Positions 9,992 through 19,462 of a stretch of 64,000 nt of DNA are shown here, piece by piece. The notes below the pieces were generated by a model. The model was not told the origin of the DNA, made no database searches, and saw only the letters and a program-made list of their open reading frames with translations. The DNA is from a virus. Its lineage: Duplodnaviria; Caudoviricetes. Each line of letters starts with the position of its first letter. Positions within the stretch are counted from its first letter, which is position 1. The stretch covers positions 23,517 through 87,516 of IMG/VR virus record IMGVR_UViG_3300044878_000218; one strand, given 5' to 3'. Both the position numbers and the translations under genes were made by a program.

Positions 9992-10123
9992 GTGGTAGTC
10001 CTTGTCAGTTTTGAGCGACAATGATGGCGTGGCAAGGACCGCCGCACAAGGTCCACAGCTTGTCGTTGTGAAGGTCATGGCAAACCGCTATCCTTCCGCC
10101 ACGTTATAGGGAAATAACCGCTG

Positions 10124-10519
10124 ATGACTACTGATCCAGCTTCGAGAACAGGGTGGCTGACGATCTGCGCAGCCTACGTGTGGGCCGTGATCGAACAGCT
10201 ACATCCCGGCTCAGCGATGGGGGCGTCCTTCGGCTGTGTTTTCTTCGTTCTACTACCGGACCCGGTAGTTGCCTCGTTCTTCTCAAAACTTCTTCGTAAA
10301 ATGGGACTCACAGTGGTGTCCTGGGGGTTCGGCTACGCTGTCGGAATCGCTTTCTCCAACGGCAGCTCGATGTTGGCAGCCATCATTGGAGCCGCGGTTG
10401 CTTCCGGTGTGCTAGGCGCACTGAACCTGATGGTCAAGAACGACGGAGACCTGCCTCAGTGGCTGTCTTCTCTCATTAACGCAATCCTACGGTTAAAGCG
10501 AGGCGGCGATGAGCAATGA
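10124..10519 (+). CDS. Putative holin/antiholin (membrane protein)
   Basis: Several hydrophobic TM segments; first gene of the lysis cassette. Confidence 0.7.
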   Translation: MTTDPASRTGWLTICAAYVWAVIEQLHPGSAMGASFGCVFFVLLPDPVVASFFSKLLRKMGLTVVSWGFGYAVGIAFSNGSSMLAAIIGAAVASGVLGALNLMVKNDGDLPQWLSSLINAILRLKRGGDEQ

Positions 10520-10826
10520 TCCTACCTACGGGGAAGTGCTTCTGAGCATCCGCATCGGTCTTCACTTGATCACGTTCATGTCCGTGATTTGCTACAGCAG
10601 TGAAAATCGTACACGTCTGTTCTCCAGTATCTTGGCGTTCTGCCTGGCCGGCTCCTCGCTGGCCTTGGCGACCCAAGGCTACTCAGACTTCCAGCGCATC
10701 GCAGCGCACTCCGAGATCTGGCTGGTGCTGTTCGTAGGCATCGTCACCCTTCTGGTTGTTGCCAACGGCGGCAACGTCGCAAAAGTTCTCCACAACACTC
10801 GAAAGAGGCTACCGTATGGACGCTAA
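10509..10826 (+). CDS. Putative holin
   Basis: Three TM segments, C-terminal GGNVAK plus basic tail typical of Pseudomonas phage holins; directly before endolysin. Confidence 0.75.
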   Translation: MSNDPTYGEVLLSIRIGLHLITFMSVICYSSENRTRLFSSILAFCLAGSSLALATQGYSDFQRIAAHSEIWLVLFVGIVTLLVVANGGNVAKVLHNTRKRLPYGR

Positions 10827-11358
10827 AACTCTGGCTGCGGCTGCGGGTATCTCCTTGGCGCGCGCACAGAAGTGGGAAGGACCCATCAACGAAGCACTGG
10901 CCTACGCCGACATCACCCTCGCCCGCTCCATCGCTTCCTTCATCGCGCAAACCGCGCATGAGAGCCTGGAGTTCACCTGCACCAAGGAAATGGGCAACGA
11001 CAAGTACCTCAGCAAGTACGACACCGGCACCCTCGCTGCACGACTGGGCAACACCCCGGCTGCCGATGGTGATGGTCAGTTGTACGCAGGCCGGGGCCTG
11101 ATCCAGGTCACCGGCAAGACCAACTACAAGGCCTGCAGCCAGGCGCTGTTCGGCGACGACCGTCTGCTGGAACATCCCGAGCTGCTGGAGCAGCCACGAT
11201 ACGCCGCGCTGTCGGCTGCTTGGTTCTGGAAGAAGAACAAGCTCAACACGCTGTCCAACGACATCATGGCGCAGACCACCCGCATCAACGGCGGGCTGAA
11301 CGGGATCGAGGACCGCAAGCGCCGCATGAGCCTGGCGCTCAAGGTACTGGCTGCCTGA
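10816..11358 (+). CDS. Endolysin, glycoside hydrolase family 19
   Basis: FIAQ.AHES, LGN....DG..Y.GRGLIQVTGK.NY, AA.SAAWFW, T.RINGG.NG..DR. Confidence 0.93.
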   Translation: MDAKTLAAAAGISLARAQKWEGPINEALAYADITLARSIASFIAQTAHESLEFTCTKEMGNDKYLSKYDTGTLAARLGNTPAADGDGQLYAGRGLIQVTGKTNYKACSQALFGDDRLLEHPELLEQPRYAALSAAWFWKKNKLNTLSNDIMAQTTRINGGLNGIEDRKRRMSLALKVLAA

Positions 11359-11888
11359 TGCCTACGGTCAGCCCTGCAGTAATAGTCCTTGCCCTTCTGG
11401 CCAGCTTTGCGGGTGGTATGGCCGCAGGCTGGAAGGAGCGGGACCTTCGGGCGGAACTGCAGCTGCTCGGGTTGCGCAACACCTTCGACGCTGCCACCCT
11501 TGCGGCCAACGCGCAGGCGCGCACCGTTGAACAGGATCTGCAGCGTCAGATCGACGATCTAGGGAAGGACAGCCGTGAAACGAACCATCGGATTGATTCT
11601 GACGTTGTTGTTGCTGAGTCCAGCACTGACGGCTTGCTGCACGTCGCAGCCGGCACCTTTGCCGCCGCAACAAGTTGTGATCCCGGCGTTGCCCGCCGAG
11701 GCCAGGCAGCAACCAACGCCGCCTATTTGTACTCCCAGCTGCTTGAAGAAACTCAGCATGTGGCAAGGGGACTGGCAGCTGAAGCTGACCGAGCCCGTGC
11801 AGCTGGAGCCAGCTGCGAAGTAGCTTACGATTTAATCAGGGGAAGGTTGAACGGTCTTACGGGAGGGCCGGCTGTAACCGGTAGGTGA
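11358..11888 (+). CDS. Rz-like inner-membrane spanin
   Basis: N-terminal TM then coiled coil ending LA..AD.A..AG..CE.AYD; start coupled to endolysin stop (TGATG). Confidence 0.8.
   Translation: MPTVSPAVIVLALLASFAGGMAAGWKERDLRAELQLLGLRNTFDAATLAANAQARTVEQDLQRQIDDLGKDSRETNHRIDSDVVVAESSTDGLLHVAAGTFAAATSCDPGVARRGQAATNAAYLYSQLLEETQHVARGLAAEADRARAAGASCEVAYDLIRGRLNGLTGGPAVTGR
11575..11823 (+). CDS. Rz1-like outer-membrane spanin lipoprotein, embedded in Rz
   Basis: Signal peptide with lipobox LTAC, Pro-rich mature part, nested in another frame of Rz. Confidence 0.8.
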   Translation: MKRTIGLILTLLLLSPALTACCTSQPAPLPPQQVVIPALPAEARQQPTPPICTPSCLKKLSMWQGDWQLKLTEPVQLEPAAK

Positions 11889-11939
11889 TGGGTGCTATAT
11901 TGCGCCCAAGGACGCAAGGTTGTTTCACAGGGAGTGGGT

Positions 11940-12248
11940 ATGCAAGTCTATCGCGGCGATTCGTTCATGCTACCGCTGCAGGTCTTCGTTGACGGGCAGG
12001 CGCAGGATTGCACCGACTGGGAAGTCAAAGCATCCTACGGCACCCTCACGCAAGGCACCCTCGGAAACTTCCAGGTGGAGTGGCAAGACCGCGCCACTGG
12101 CTCCTTCTTCCTCAAGGCAAACACCAAGACCTGGCCACTGGGCAATCTTGAGTTCGACGTCACCTATGTGACCGACGTCGGCCAGGAAATCACGACCCAG
12201 CCGATCAAGTTCGAAGTGCTCAAGCGCTACACGCCGGTGGCGCCATGA
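11940..12248 (+). CDS. Fibre/baseplate adaptor-like protein (BppU N-terminal-like)
   Basis: YRGDSF..., D.T.W, WPLG...FDV pattern; GGAG RBS. Confidence 0.55.
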   Translation: MQVYRGDSFMLPLQVFVDGQAQDCTDWEVKASYGTLTQGTLGNFQVEWQDRATGSFFLKANTKTWPLGNLEFDVTYVTDVGQEITTQPIKFEVLKRYTPVAP

Positions 12249-12538
12249 TCCTCGCCACGCCCTCTCGCGTCGGCGTGATCACCACCAAGATCACCGACCC
12301 GGTAAGCCAGCTGGTCATCACCGTTGAAGGGATGATGACCGCGACCCTACCTGCCTTGAAGATCGAGACGAAAGAAGTAGCGCTGCGTGGGCCACGGGGT
12401 CCAAGCGCTGTCGAAGCGCAGATCAGCGCCGACCCTGACAATCGCCTGAAGGAAGGCACCGACGGTGGGCTGTACGTCGCTGACACCTTCATTCCAGACC
12501 CACTTGCCTACTACCTGCTTGAACGAGGGATCATCTAA
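12245..12538 (+). CDS. Putative fibre-associated structural protein
   Basis: GPRGPS and ISADPDNRL..G.DGGLYV motif seen in phage fibre proteins. Confidence 0.55.
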   Translation: MILATPSRVGVITTKITDPVSQLVITVEGMMTATLPALKIETKEVALRGPRGPSAVEAQISADPDNRLKEGTDGGLYVADTFIPDPLAYYLLERGII

Positions 12539-13032
12539 TGTCTCAGGAACTGAAACTCATTGCCCTGGCCCAGGCCATGGGCGGCGACGTCAAGACGCTG
12601 ACCAACCGCGTCGGCGACATGACGTCGCTGCAGACCACTGCCAAGGGCAACCTGGTGGCCGCGATCAACGAGCTGATGAGCCTGATGGGTTCCTCCGGCG
12701 CCGTGATCGACGACAACGCCGGCGATGGCAACACAGCCGTCACCTGGTCGGCCAACAAGATCTTCGACACCATCGAGATGGCCAAGGCCGCGGTGAAGAC
12801 CGACATCCTCGGTGGTGCCACCGCAGCTTACGACACGCTGAAAGAGCTGCAGGACCTGATCGTCAACGACGAAAGCATTGTCTCGGCACTGGCCACCAAG
12901 GTCGGTGAGAAGGTCAGCTTCGCCGAAGTGCAGACCCTGACCACCGGACAACGGCTGCAGGCCTGCACCAACATCGGCATTGGTGACCCTGAAGCAGATC
13001 TGGTCGCCGCCTACACCGCTGCCAAGGCCTAA
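12538..13032 (+). CDS. Putative fibre-associated structural protein
   Basis: L.TTAK.NLVAAINEL, TWSA.KI, GA..AYDTLKEL, Q.LT..Q..QA..NIG fibre motifs. Confidence 0.65.
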   Translation: MSQELKLIALAQAMGGDVKTLTNRVGDMTSLQTTAKGNLVAAINELMSLMGSSGAVIDDNAGDGNTAVTWSANKIFDTIEMAKAAVKTDILGGATAAYDTLKELQDLIVNDESIVSALATKVGEKVSFAEVQTLTTGQRLQACTNIGIGDPEADLVAAYTAAKA

Positions 13033-13035
13033 TCT

Positions 13036-13521
13036 ATGAGCCTGAAGACTCGGCTGGATGCGCTGATCACAGCGATCGGCGCCGACATCAAGGCGCTGAC
13101 CACAGGCAAGGTCGCGGTGGTGGCAGGCAAAGGCCTGAGCACCAACGACTACACCACCTCTGAGCAATCCAAGCTCAGCGGCTTGTCGCTGCCTGGCTTC
13201 GACAAGGAAACCGTCAACGCCTCGGCCGGGGGCGCGGTATCGCTGCAGGTGTCGTCGGCAACGGTCTTCGAGTACACGCTGACCAGCAACCTGACGCTGT
13301 CCTTCACCAGCTTGCCGTCGCTGACCGGCCAGTCCTACAGCTTTGTGATCCGCCTGATCACCGGTGCCACCAAGTTCACCGTGACTTGGCCAGGCGCGAC
13401 GATCCAGTGGATCAACACCGGCGGCGCAGCTGGTGAGACGGCTGCCGTCGGCAAGATGGTGGAGTTCGTCTTCACCTACAAGGGCAGCAACACCTACATC
13501 GCGCGCCGGGTGACCCAGTGA
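13036..13521 (+). CDS. Putative short fibre protein
   Basis: KV..V.GKGLSTNDYT..E..KL motif; beta-sandwich-like C-terminus (TLT.N.TLSF...VTWP). Confidence 0.65.
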   Translation: MSLKTRLDALITAIGADIKALTTGKVAVVAGKGLSTNDYTTSEQSKLSGLSLPGFDKETVNASAGGAVSLQVSSATVFEYTLTSNLTLSFTSLPSLTGQSYSFVIRLITGATKFTVTWPGATIQWINTGGAAGETAAVGKMVEFVFTYKGSNTYIARRVTQ

Positions 13522-14156
13522 TTCTGGCTGAACGTCTGCTGGCGAGCATGCCGATGGGTCAGCCTGGGGTTGGCGAGCAGTACGGCGGGGGTTACTTCGT
13601 TGGACAGCTGACCATTAACAACCTGCTGTACAACATCATCGTCTCGCCAAAAGCCACCGGGCAGCCGGCGGCGGTGATGAAGTACAAAGACGACATGGTG
13701 AATTTCACCGGGAACACCTCGACCAACGACGGCATCCTGATCCGTGACAACATGATCGCCGCCGGCATCGAGCACTTCCCGATGCAGCAGTTCTGTGTCG
13801 GGCTGACCATCAACGGTTACAACGACTGGTATCTGCCGACCAAGGACGAGATGGAAATCGCCTACCGGGCGATGAAGCCGACCACGGCGTCCAACGTCCT
13901 TACCTCCGGTAAGAACACCAGCAGCGTGCCACCGCAGACCAACTTCTACACCACGACGGCGCCGGCACAAACGGTACTGGTGAACTTCCGGTCTGGTGCG
14001 GCGCAGTCCTTCATCAACGACTACTACGCCACGGCCTCTGCCGGTGCCTCTGCCAGCACTTTTCTGCTGAAGCGGATGACCACGGGCGCTGACTACTCCG
14101 AGGAGTACCAGTTCGACCATATCTGCCGGGCCTTCCGGCGAGAATTGGCGGCCTAG
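13518..14156 (+). CDS. DUF1566/Lcl-like C-type-lectin-fold protein, candidate receptor-binding tip
   Basis: GE.YGGGYF.G, C..L.INGYNDWYLP.KDE, C-terminal CRAFRR. Confidence 0.6.
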   Translation: MILAERLLASMPMGQPGVGEQYGGGYFVGQLTINNLLYNIIVSPKATGQPAAVMKYKDDMVNFTGNTSTNDGILIRDNMIAAGIEHFPMQQFCVGLTINGYNDWYLPTKDEMEIAYRAMKPTTASNVLTSGKNTSSVPPQTNFYTTTAPAQTVLVNFRSGAAQSFINDYYATASAGASASTFLLKRMTTGADYSEEYQFDHICRAFRRELAA

Positions 14157-14162
14157 AAACGA

Positions 14163-14197
14163 CAAAAGGGGACAGCGCGAGCTGTCCCCTTCTGGTT
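14163..14197. terminator. Bidirectional rho-independent terminator
   Basis: AAAAGGGGACAGC-GCGA-GCTGTCCCCTTCT hairpin at the convergence of the + and - transcription units. Confidence 0.85.
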
Positions 14198-14475
14198 TAG
14201 GCGTGGGTCCAATCGAACCGGCCGTGCACGTAGCTGCCATCAAGCAACTCGTAGCGCATGGCGCGACTCTTGTCCGAGATGTAACTGGTGCGGACCACCT
14301 GAACTACCAGCGGCTCCTTCGTGATCGCGGCGTCAGGCCAATCCGACTTGTGGATCACCGCGCCGGCAGGCAGTTTGATCATCATGTCGCTGCCCACCGG
14401 GGCCAGGTCGCTAGGCGCGTTCCAGGCTGTACTGTGGTCAGTGTAGTCAGCGGGGTTGTGGATCACTTGCTTCAT
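14197..14475 (-). CDS. Hypothetical protein
   Basis: ORF with GGAGG RBS ending at the terminator. Confidence 0.55.
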   Translation of the reverse strand: MKQVIHNPADYTDHSTAWNAPSDLAPVGSDMMIKLPAGAVIHKSDWPDAAITKEPLVVQVVRTSYISDKSRAMRYELLDGSYVHGRFDWTHA

Positions 14476-14722
14476 GGCCGTCCTCCGTAATTTCTACCAC
14501 TTCAAATTCCAGTATCACCCCGTCAAGGTGTGTGACTGACAGCCCGCCAGCCCTGTCCCCAGGTATGGTGAACTGGTAGCCGGCGTGGCCTTCGCTGTTG
14601 ATGTAGCCTTCCAACGGCTTCTGCTTCTTCTCTCCCGCCACTGCGGTCTGGAAGATCACCTTGGCGCCCTGGTGCTGGCCGCTCACTTCGCGGTACAGCG
14701 TGTCGATGCGGATGCGATACAT
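14447..14722 (-). CDS. Hypothetical protein
   Basis: Likely start MYRIRID at 14722 within track ORF 14447-14902. Confidence 0.45.
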   Translation of the reverse strand: MYRIRIDTLYREVSGQHQGAKVIFQTAVAGEKKQKPLEGYINSEGHAGYQFTIPGDRAGGLSVTHLDGVILEFEVVEITEDGHEASDPQPR

Positions 14723-14724
14723 GC

Positions 14725-15180
14725 TCAGCCCTCGCATTTTACGTGGTAGATGGGTCCGCCGCGGTAATGGGCAGCCTTGGGTCTCAGCTCGTCCATGATC
14801 TGGTCGCGCGTCTTCACAGATCCGTCCGGGTTGGTGTTGAAGGGATTCAAGGTTTGAGAAAACACCTTGGTGCGGGTGCATTTCTTGCCACACTTTCCGC
14901 ACGGCGCCGTGGCCTTGACTGTCAGCTTCACCTCTTCAAACGTGTGGCGGGTGGTACGCATTAGGTGCTCCTTGTGGGCAATGGAAGCCGTAGTCATCCG
15001 GTCGTGTTCGATATACAGCTGACCCTCGCCGGGTACGCTGATGGCCACCGGGTCGCACTGAGGGGTGACCATCCCCTTCCAAACCAGTTCACCACCGCTT
15101 TCGGTGGTGAACGTGATCTCGCAAGGAGCGATCATCGGGCCACACTGAAAGTGCGCCCGGGTAATCACCAGGTCGTGCAT
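14725..15180 (-). CDS. Hypothetical protein with CxxC motif
   Basis: ORF abutting the SbcC-like gene; PCGKCGK and terminal HxxC. Confidence 0.45.
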   Translation of the reverse strand: MHDLVITRAHFQCGPMIAPCEITFTTESGGELVWKGMVTPQCDPVAISVPGEGQLYIEHDRMTTASIAHKEHLMRTTRHTFEEVKLTVKATAPCGKCGKKCTRTKVFSQTLNPFNTNPDGSVKTRDQIMDELRPKAAHYRGGPIYHVKCEG

Positions 15181-15181
15181 C

Positions 15182-17449
15182 TTATTCCCCTACGTTCACA
15201 ATGTTTTCCGCCAACGCCTGGTCGGTCTCGCGGTGGGTAATCATCAGCACCTGCTTGGCGCTGGTGGCGATCATCGCTGCCAGGCTGGCGGCGTTGTGCT
15301 CACGGCAGGACTCGGTCGGCTCGTCGAAGATCAGCAGGGCGTCTTTGCCGTACAGCGCACGACCCAGGCCGACCCGCAGCGACACACCGATCATCGCTTT
15401 CTGTGCGCCAGACGCGCTGCTCGATGGCGCCATGATGCCGGCTTCCTCGAACATGAACTCGCCGTCGACGTTGTCGATCTTGGTGATGGTGTCCTTCGAA
15501 GCGACCCGCACCAGTCGGCTGGCGATGCCGGTGATGGTGTCCCACACTTCCTTCAGGTACTGCTGACGACGGTCACGCAGGAACTGCACCAGGCGGGTGT
15601 ACTTCTTGGACAGCACCAGGTGCTCGACCGACGCTGCGGCGCTGGATTTCAGGCCGTCCAGCTTCTCTTGTGCCGCGGCGTGCAGTTTCACGCGGAAGCC
15701 GTGCTCAGATTTGGCCTGGGTCACAGCTGCGCTCAGGCTGCTGGACTTGTCAGCCCATGCAGCGCGAGCCACCTGATATTCCTGTTCCAGCAGTTCAGCG
15801 TGGGCCAGTTCCTTCTCGGTCGGTGGCTCTGGCAGCGCTTCCAGCTCGTCGTTCAGGGTCTGCAGGCCGGCCTGCAAGGCGGTCAGTTCGTCCTGTGCCT
15901 TGGTCAACGCCTTCTGCTCAGCAACTACTCGAGTATTGTTGGCTTCGACGCCCTTCAGTTTTTCACCCATCGCTGCGTAGGAGTCACGGGCTTCGTTGAC
16001 TTGACCTTCTGCACCCGACAACTCGTCTTGGATCACGTTCAGGGCGCGCAGCGGTGCCAGGGCTTCCTTGGCTGCGGTGTGGGCAGCCAGTGCCGCGTCG
16101 ATCTTGACCGTGGCGTCTTCGAAGGCAGTCAGCTTGTCATTCAGGTTCTTCCGGCTGGTCTGGAAGGTCACCAACCCGGCCTTCAGTTCAGCGACATAGG
16201 CCACTCTGTTGTCCCACCACTTCTTGGCCTCGTCAGCTTCGGCCTTCAGTTTAACCGGGTCGTGGTCTTCCTTGGCTCGGTTGCAGGTCGGGCACACGGC
16301 GCCGTCGGACAGGCTGAGCAGGTTGTCGTATTTGGCTTTGGCCTGGCCAACAGCTTCCGACTCGCGCTCAATGTCCTTCTGCTGCGTGGCGATGTACTCA
16401 GTGACAGCATCCAGCTCGACTTCTGCTGCGTCATGATCGAACTCCGCCCAGTTGGCGGTGTAGCTCTGCTGCTGAGTGTCCAGCGCCAGATCCGTCTCGT
16501 CGACCTTCTGTTTGGCTGCCGTGGCGACGGCCAGTTCTTCAACCAGCACACCTTTGGCCGCTGCCAGTTCCAGACCCTGCGTCTTCAGGCCCGCCATGTC
16601 GTTGCGAATGGCGTCACCGTCCTGCAGGCTGACCCCTTCGACACGCATCTGCGCCTCGTTCACACGCTGCTGAGCGTGGCCGACGTTGGTTTCAGCCAGG
16701 GTGATCTTGTTGGACAGGTTGACGACGGCGTCCATCTGCTTGCGCATTTCTTTGGACGATGCCGGCACTTCCACGCTGAACGATCCGTGGGCTTCCTGCT
16801 GCTGCACAGCGGCTTCGACGTTGACGCTGGCCAATTGCAGGGCTTCCGAGGCTTCCTGCAGGTCAGCTTCAGCCGCCTTCATCACCTCGTCGTCCACCGA
16901 CTTGGCGTCAGCGTGGCTGTTGTTCACGGTAGCCTGGCGCTGGGCTTCAGCCTGGACCTTGTCGATCAGTTCGACACCGGCGAAGGCTTCGACCTTGCGG
17001 TTCAGCGCCGCAGCGCCGTATTTCAGGATGCCGGCCGAGGAACCTTGCTCAGATTGCACAAACAGGTTCCAGTCGTCAGCGACCAGACCCAGCAGTTCTT
17101 CCATCTTGGCCCGAACCGGAGTGGCGCCGTTGGCCACCAGCTCGACGCTGCCATCTGGCAGGGTGCGGGTCAGCTTGGCGGTGTTGCCGGTGCGGAAGCA
17201 GGTGTAGAGCTCAGGACCGTGCAGCTGGAAGGTGTTGGTGACGCTGAACTTGTCCTGACCCCAGGTCGGGATGTTCTCTTTCTTGACCGAGGCCATGGTG
17301 ACGCCGAAGAAGCACACGCCGATCGCTTCGAGCAGCGTGGATTTGCCGTTGGCGTTGTCGCCGGCAATGATGTTCAGGCCGGTGGTGAAATCCGCAGAGA
17401 AATTGCCGAGCTTCTTGAAGTTCTCGGTGACGCAAGTTAACAGACGCAT
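15182..17449 (-). CDS. SbcC/Rad50-like SMC ATPase (recombination nuclease subunit)
   Basis: Walker A GDNANGKST, long coiled coils, zinc hook CPTC, signature SGAQK, Walker B LIFDEPT, H-loop ITH. Confidence 0.93.
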   Translation of the reverse strand: MRLLTCVTENFKKLGNFSADFTTGLNIIAGDNANGKSTLLEAIGVCFFGVTMASVKKENIPTWGQDKFSVTNTFQLHGPELYTCFRTGNTAKLTRTLPDGSVELVANGATPVRAKMEELLGLVADDWNLFVQSEQGSSAGILKYGAAALNRKVEAFAGVELIDKVQAEAQRQATVNNSHADAKSVDDEVMKAAEADLQEASEALQLASVNVEAAVQQQEAHGSFSVEVPASSKEMRKQMDAVVNLSNKITLAETNVGHAQQRVNEAQMRVEGVSLQDGDAIRNDMAGLKTQGLELAAAKGVLVEELAVATAAKQKVDETDLALDTQQQSYTANWAEFDHDAAEVELDAVTEYIATQQKDIERESEAVGQAKAKYDNLLSLSDGAVCPTCNRAKEDHDPVKLKAEADEAKKWWDNRVAYVAELKAGLVTFQTSRKNLNDKLTAFEDATVKIDAALAAHTAAKEALAPLRALNVIQDELSGAEGQVNEARDSYAAMGEKLKGVEANNTRVVAEQKALTKAQDELTALQAGLQTLNDELEALPEPPTEKELAHAELLEQEYQVARAAWADKSSSLSAAVTQAKSEHGFRVKLHAAAQEKLDGLKSSAAASVEHLVLSKKYTRLVQFLRDRRQQYLKEVWDTITGIASRLVRVASKDTITKIDNVDGEFMFEEAGIMAPSSSASGAQKAMIGVSLRVGLGRALYGKDALLIFDEPTESCREHNAASLAAMIATSAKQVLMITHRETDQALAENIVNVGE

Positions 17450-17472
17450 GGCGCCTCCTATAAAGGGATTTG

Positions 17473-17486
17473 TCGCTAGTTAGCGA
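17473..17486. promoter_or_regulatory. Palindromic motif TCGCTA-GT-TAGCGA (candidate operator)
   Basis: Perfect 6-bp arms upstream of the sbcC-like start; related copies at 20785, 30801 and 60376. Confidence 0.55.
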
Positions 17487-17875
17487 GAATACGTGTGAAG
17501 GATGATAGCCGCGATGGCGATCGACAGCTTGTGCGGGAACAGGTTGATCGGCCGTGGATCGCTGTACTCGTAGGTCAGCCACTTGACCAGCCGGTCGACC
17601 TGTTCCTTGCTGTGGTACGGGTTGGACCGGTAGAAGGCAGCCTCGCTTTCAGCGCGCTGCCTGGCCAGTTCCGGGTCGGGGTAGAACAGGTTAGGATCAC
17701 GCGCTGTCTTCAGCTGCTCCATCAGCCAGTTCATGTTGTGCTCGCTCTTGCCGCACTGGCTGAAGTTACGGACGATCACGCTGTCAGCGCTGGGGTTGCA
17801 CTCACGGATCATCCGGTCGACCGTGAAGGGCACGCGCCGCCCTTCGATGTACATCTCCCAGTCAAGCCTGTTCAT
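17480..17875 (-). CDS. Hypothetical protein
   Basis: ORF packed between the nuclease subunits. Confidence 0.5.
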   Translation of the reverse strand: MNRLDWEMYIEGRRVPFTVDRMIRECNPSADSVIVRNFSQCGKSEHNMNWLMEQLKTARDPNLFYPDPELARQRAESEAAFYRSNPYHSKEQVDRLVKWLTYEYSDPRPINLFPHKLSIAIAAIILHTYSR

Positions 17876-18392
17876 CGTTCTCTACCGAAGCCAGGTAGTC
17901 CTTGAAGTCCGCTGCCTGGTGGTGTGAGTAACGCAGCTTGCGCCGCATCGCCACTTCCACACGCTGATCGCAAAGGCCTTCGTCCTGCATCGCAGGGATG
18001 TCCAGGCTGATCATGCCGATACAGGCAGCCAGCTCGCCCATCTCCTTGAGCAGGTGGTCCCGGTTGTTGCCTTGCATAGGGTGGTCAGGGCTGTAGCTGT
18101 CGTAGCCGTGGCGCAGGATCTTGGTGATGCAGTGCGCAACCTCAGTGCACTCCTCCGCCAGCATGACCAGTCGTTCCTGCTGCGCCGGGGTCAGACCGTT
18201 GAAGTGAGCGTTGGCAATCTGGTCGATACCTGGCTGATCAGGCTCTTGAGGACGAAGGAACAGCTCAGCGTGTCCCGCTACCTTTTCCAGCTCCTCGATG
18301 TCGCCTTCGGCCAGCAGACCTTTGTTGGTCAGCGTGTCTACGGCGTCGACCACGGTCTCAAGGATGTCGTTGACCCTATCTACTGCACTCAT
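17862..18392 (-). CDS. MazG-like nucleotide pyrophosphohydrolase
   Basis: LAEECTEV...I.KILRHG...L..EMGEL all-alpha NTP-PPase pattern. Confidence 0.65.
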   Translation of the reverse strand: MSAVDRVNDILETVVDAVDTLTNKGLLAEGDIEELEKVAGHAELFLRPQEPDQPGIDQIANAHFNGLTPAQQERLVMLAEECTEVAHCITKILRHGYDSYSPDHPMQGNNRDHLLKEMGELAACIGMISLDIPAMQDEGLCDQRVEVAMRRKLRYSHHQAADFKDYLASVENDEQA

Positions 18393-19462
18393 GCCATCAC
18401 CTTCGATACCAGTTCAGCGAACAGCGGCGCCAGATCGGTGCCTTCCAGATCCCGAGCAATGCGGGTCTTCAGGTCTTCGACGACCACGCCCTCGATGTCG
18501 GTGTCCACGTCCTGCAGCGAATCCTTGATCTCGACCCGATTGCGCACGGCGAACATCTCGGTGACCTCGACTTCCTCGCCTTCCGGCACGTAGAACGATG
18601 CTTTCCAGACCTCGCGGATGTACTCGCTGACCGCCACAGCGTCCGCCACCGACTCGGCGCCGATGACGTCGACGAACTGAACCCCGGTCAGGTCGGGGAT
18701 CTCGCTGCCCATCTTGATCTCGCGGTAGCGATCCTTCTCGGACCACACCAGATTCTTGGTCAGGGTGGCCGTCTCCAGCTCCAGGTCGTAGGTGAACTTG
18801 TCACCGATGTCATGGAAGCTGGTCGGGTGGGTGTTGCCGAGGACAACGACTTGGCCGCCAAGGTCAGTCGAACCGTTGTGCTCATGGCCGATGAAGATGT
18901 AATCGAAGCTGCCGATCAGTTCCTGCGCCATGGCGCGGGGCAGGTTCAGCGTGTTGTCCGTGGCTGCCAGCTGGAAGTCGTAGTTGCAATGCAGGAACAG
19001 GTAGCTGGCCAGACCATCGCGGTTGTGGGCAGCGTGGGCAGCAGCCTCGCGCATCGCCACCTCGAAGATCTCTTGGCTGGCATGATGCGGCACGAAGTAC
19101 ATCGACTCGAAGCAGTCGAAGTACGGGTCGGTCAGGTTCGGCGCTGCAATGATCGGGCAGCCCTGCTCTTTCAACAGACGCAGCGACGACATGGTGCCTT
19201 CACGGTTGGTCTCGTCATGGTTGCCGGCCAGGGTCCACTTGCATCCCATGGCCACAGCGAAGCCCTGAGCGATGACCTCTTCCTTGTTGAACGACTTGTC
19301 GAACAGGTCGCCGACGCAGACCTTCGGGTGCTCGCCGGTGCTGACAATGGCCATAGCCTGGTGGAACAGTTCCATCTTCAGCGCGTCAGACGACTCGCGG
19401 GTGGTGTGCGCTGCCCGGCTGGTGCCCAGGTGCGGGTCGGTAAAGATCGTGATGTTCTTCAT
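18389..19462 (-). CDS. SbcD/Mre11-like metallophosphoesterase nuclease
   Basis: DPHLG, GDLFD, GNHD, GHEH motifs; partner of the SbcC-like gene. Confidence 0.92.
   Translation of the reverse strand: MKNITIFTDPHLGTSRAAHTTRESSDALKMELFHQAMAIVSTGEHPKVCVGDLFDKSFNKEEVIAQGFAVAMGCKWTLAGNHDETNREGTMSSLRLLKEQGCPIIAAPNLTDPYFDCFESMYFVPHHASQEIFEVAMREAAAHAAHNRDGLASYLFLHCNYDFQLAATDNTLNLPRAMAQELIGSFDYIFIGHEHNGSTDLGGQVVVLGNTHPTSFHDIGDKFTYDLELETATLTKNLVWSEKDRYREIKMGSEIPDLTGVQFVDVIGAESVADAVAVSEYIREVWKASFYVPEGEEVEVTEMFAVRNRVEIKDSLQDVDTDIEGVVVEDLKTRIARDLEGTDLAPLFAELVSKVMA

Noticed and set aside
13518-14156. DUF1566-like gene as the target of a diversity-generating retroelement
   Set aside because: No reverse transcriptase and no template-repeat copy of its 3' end seen in the window
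15182-19462. SMC-like ATPase as a Wadjet/condensin system linked to parS
   Set aside because: Zinc-hook CPTC and an Mre11-type partner identify an ordinary SbcCD/gp46-47-type nuclease; no kleisin or KITE genes
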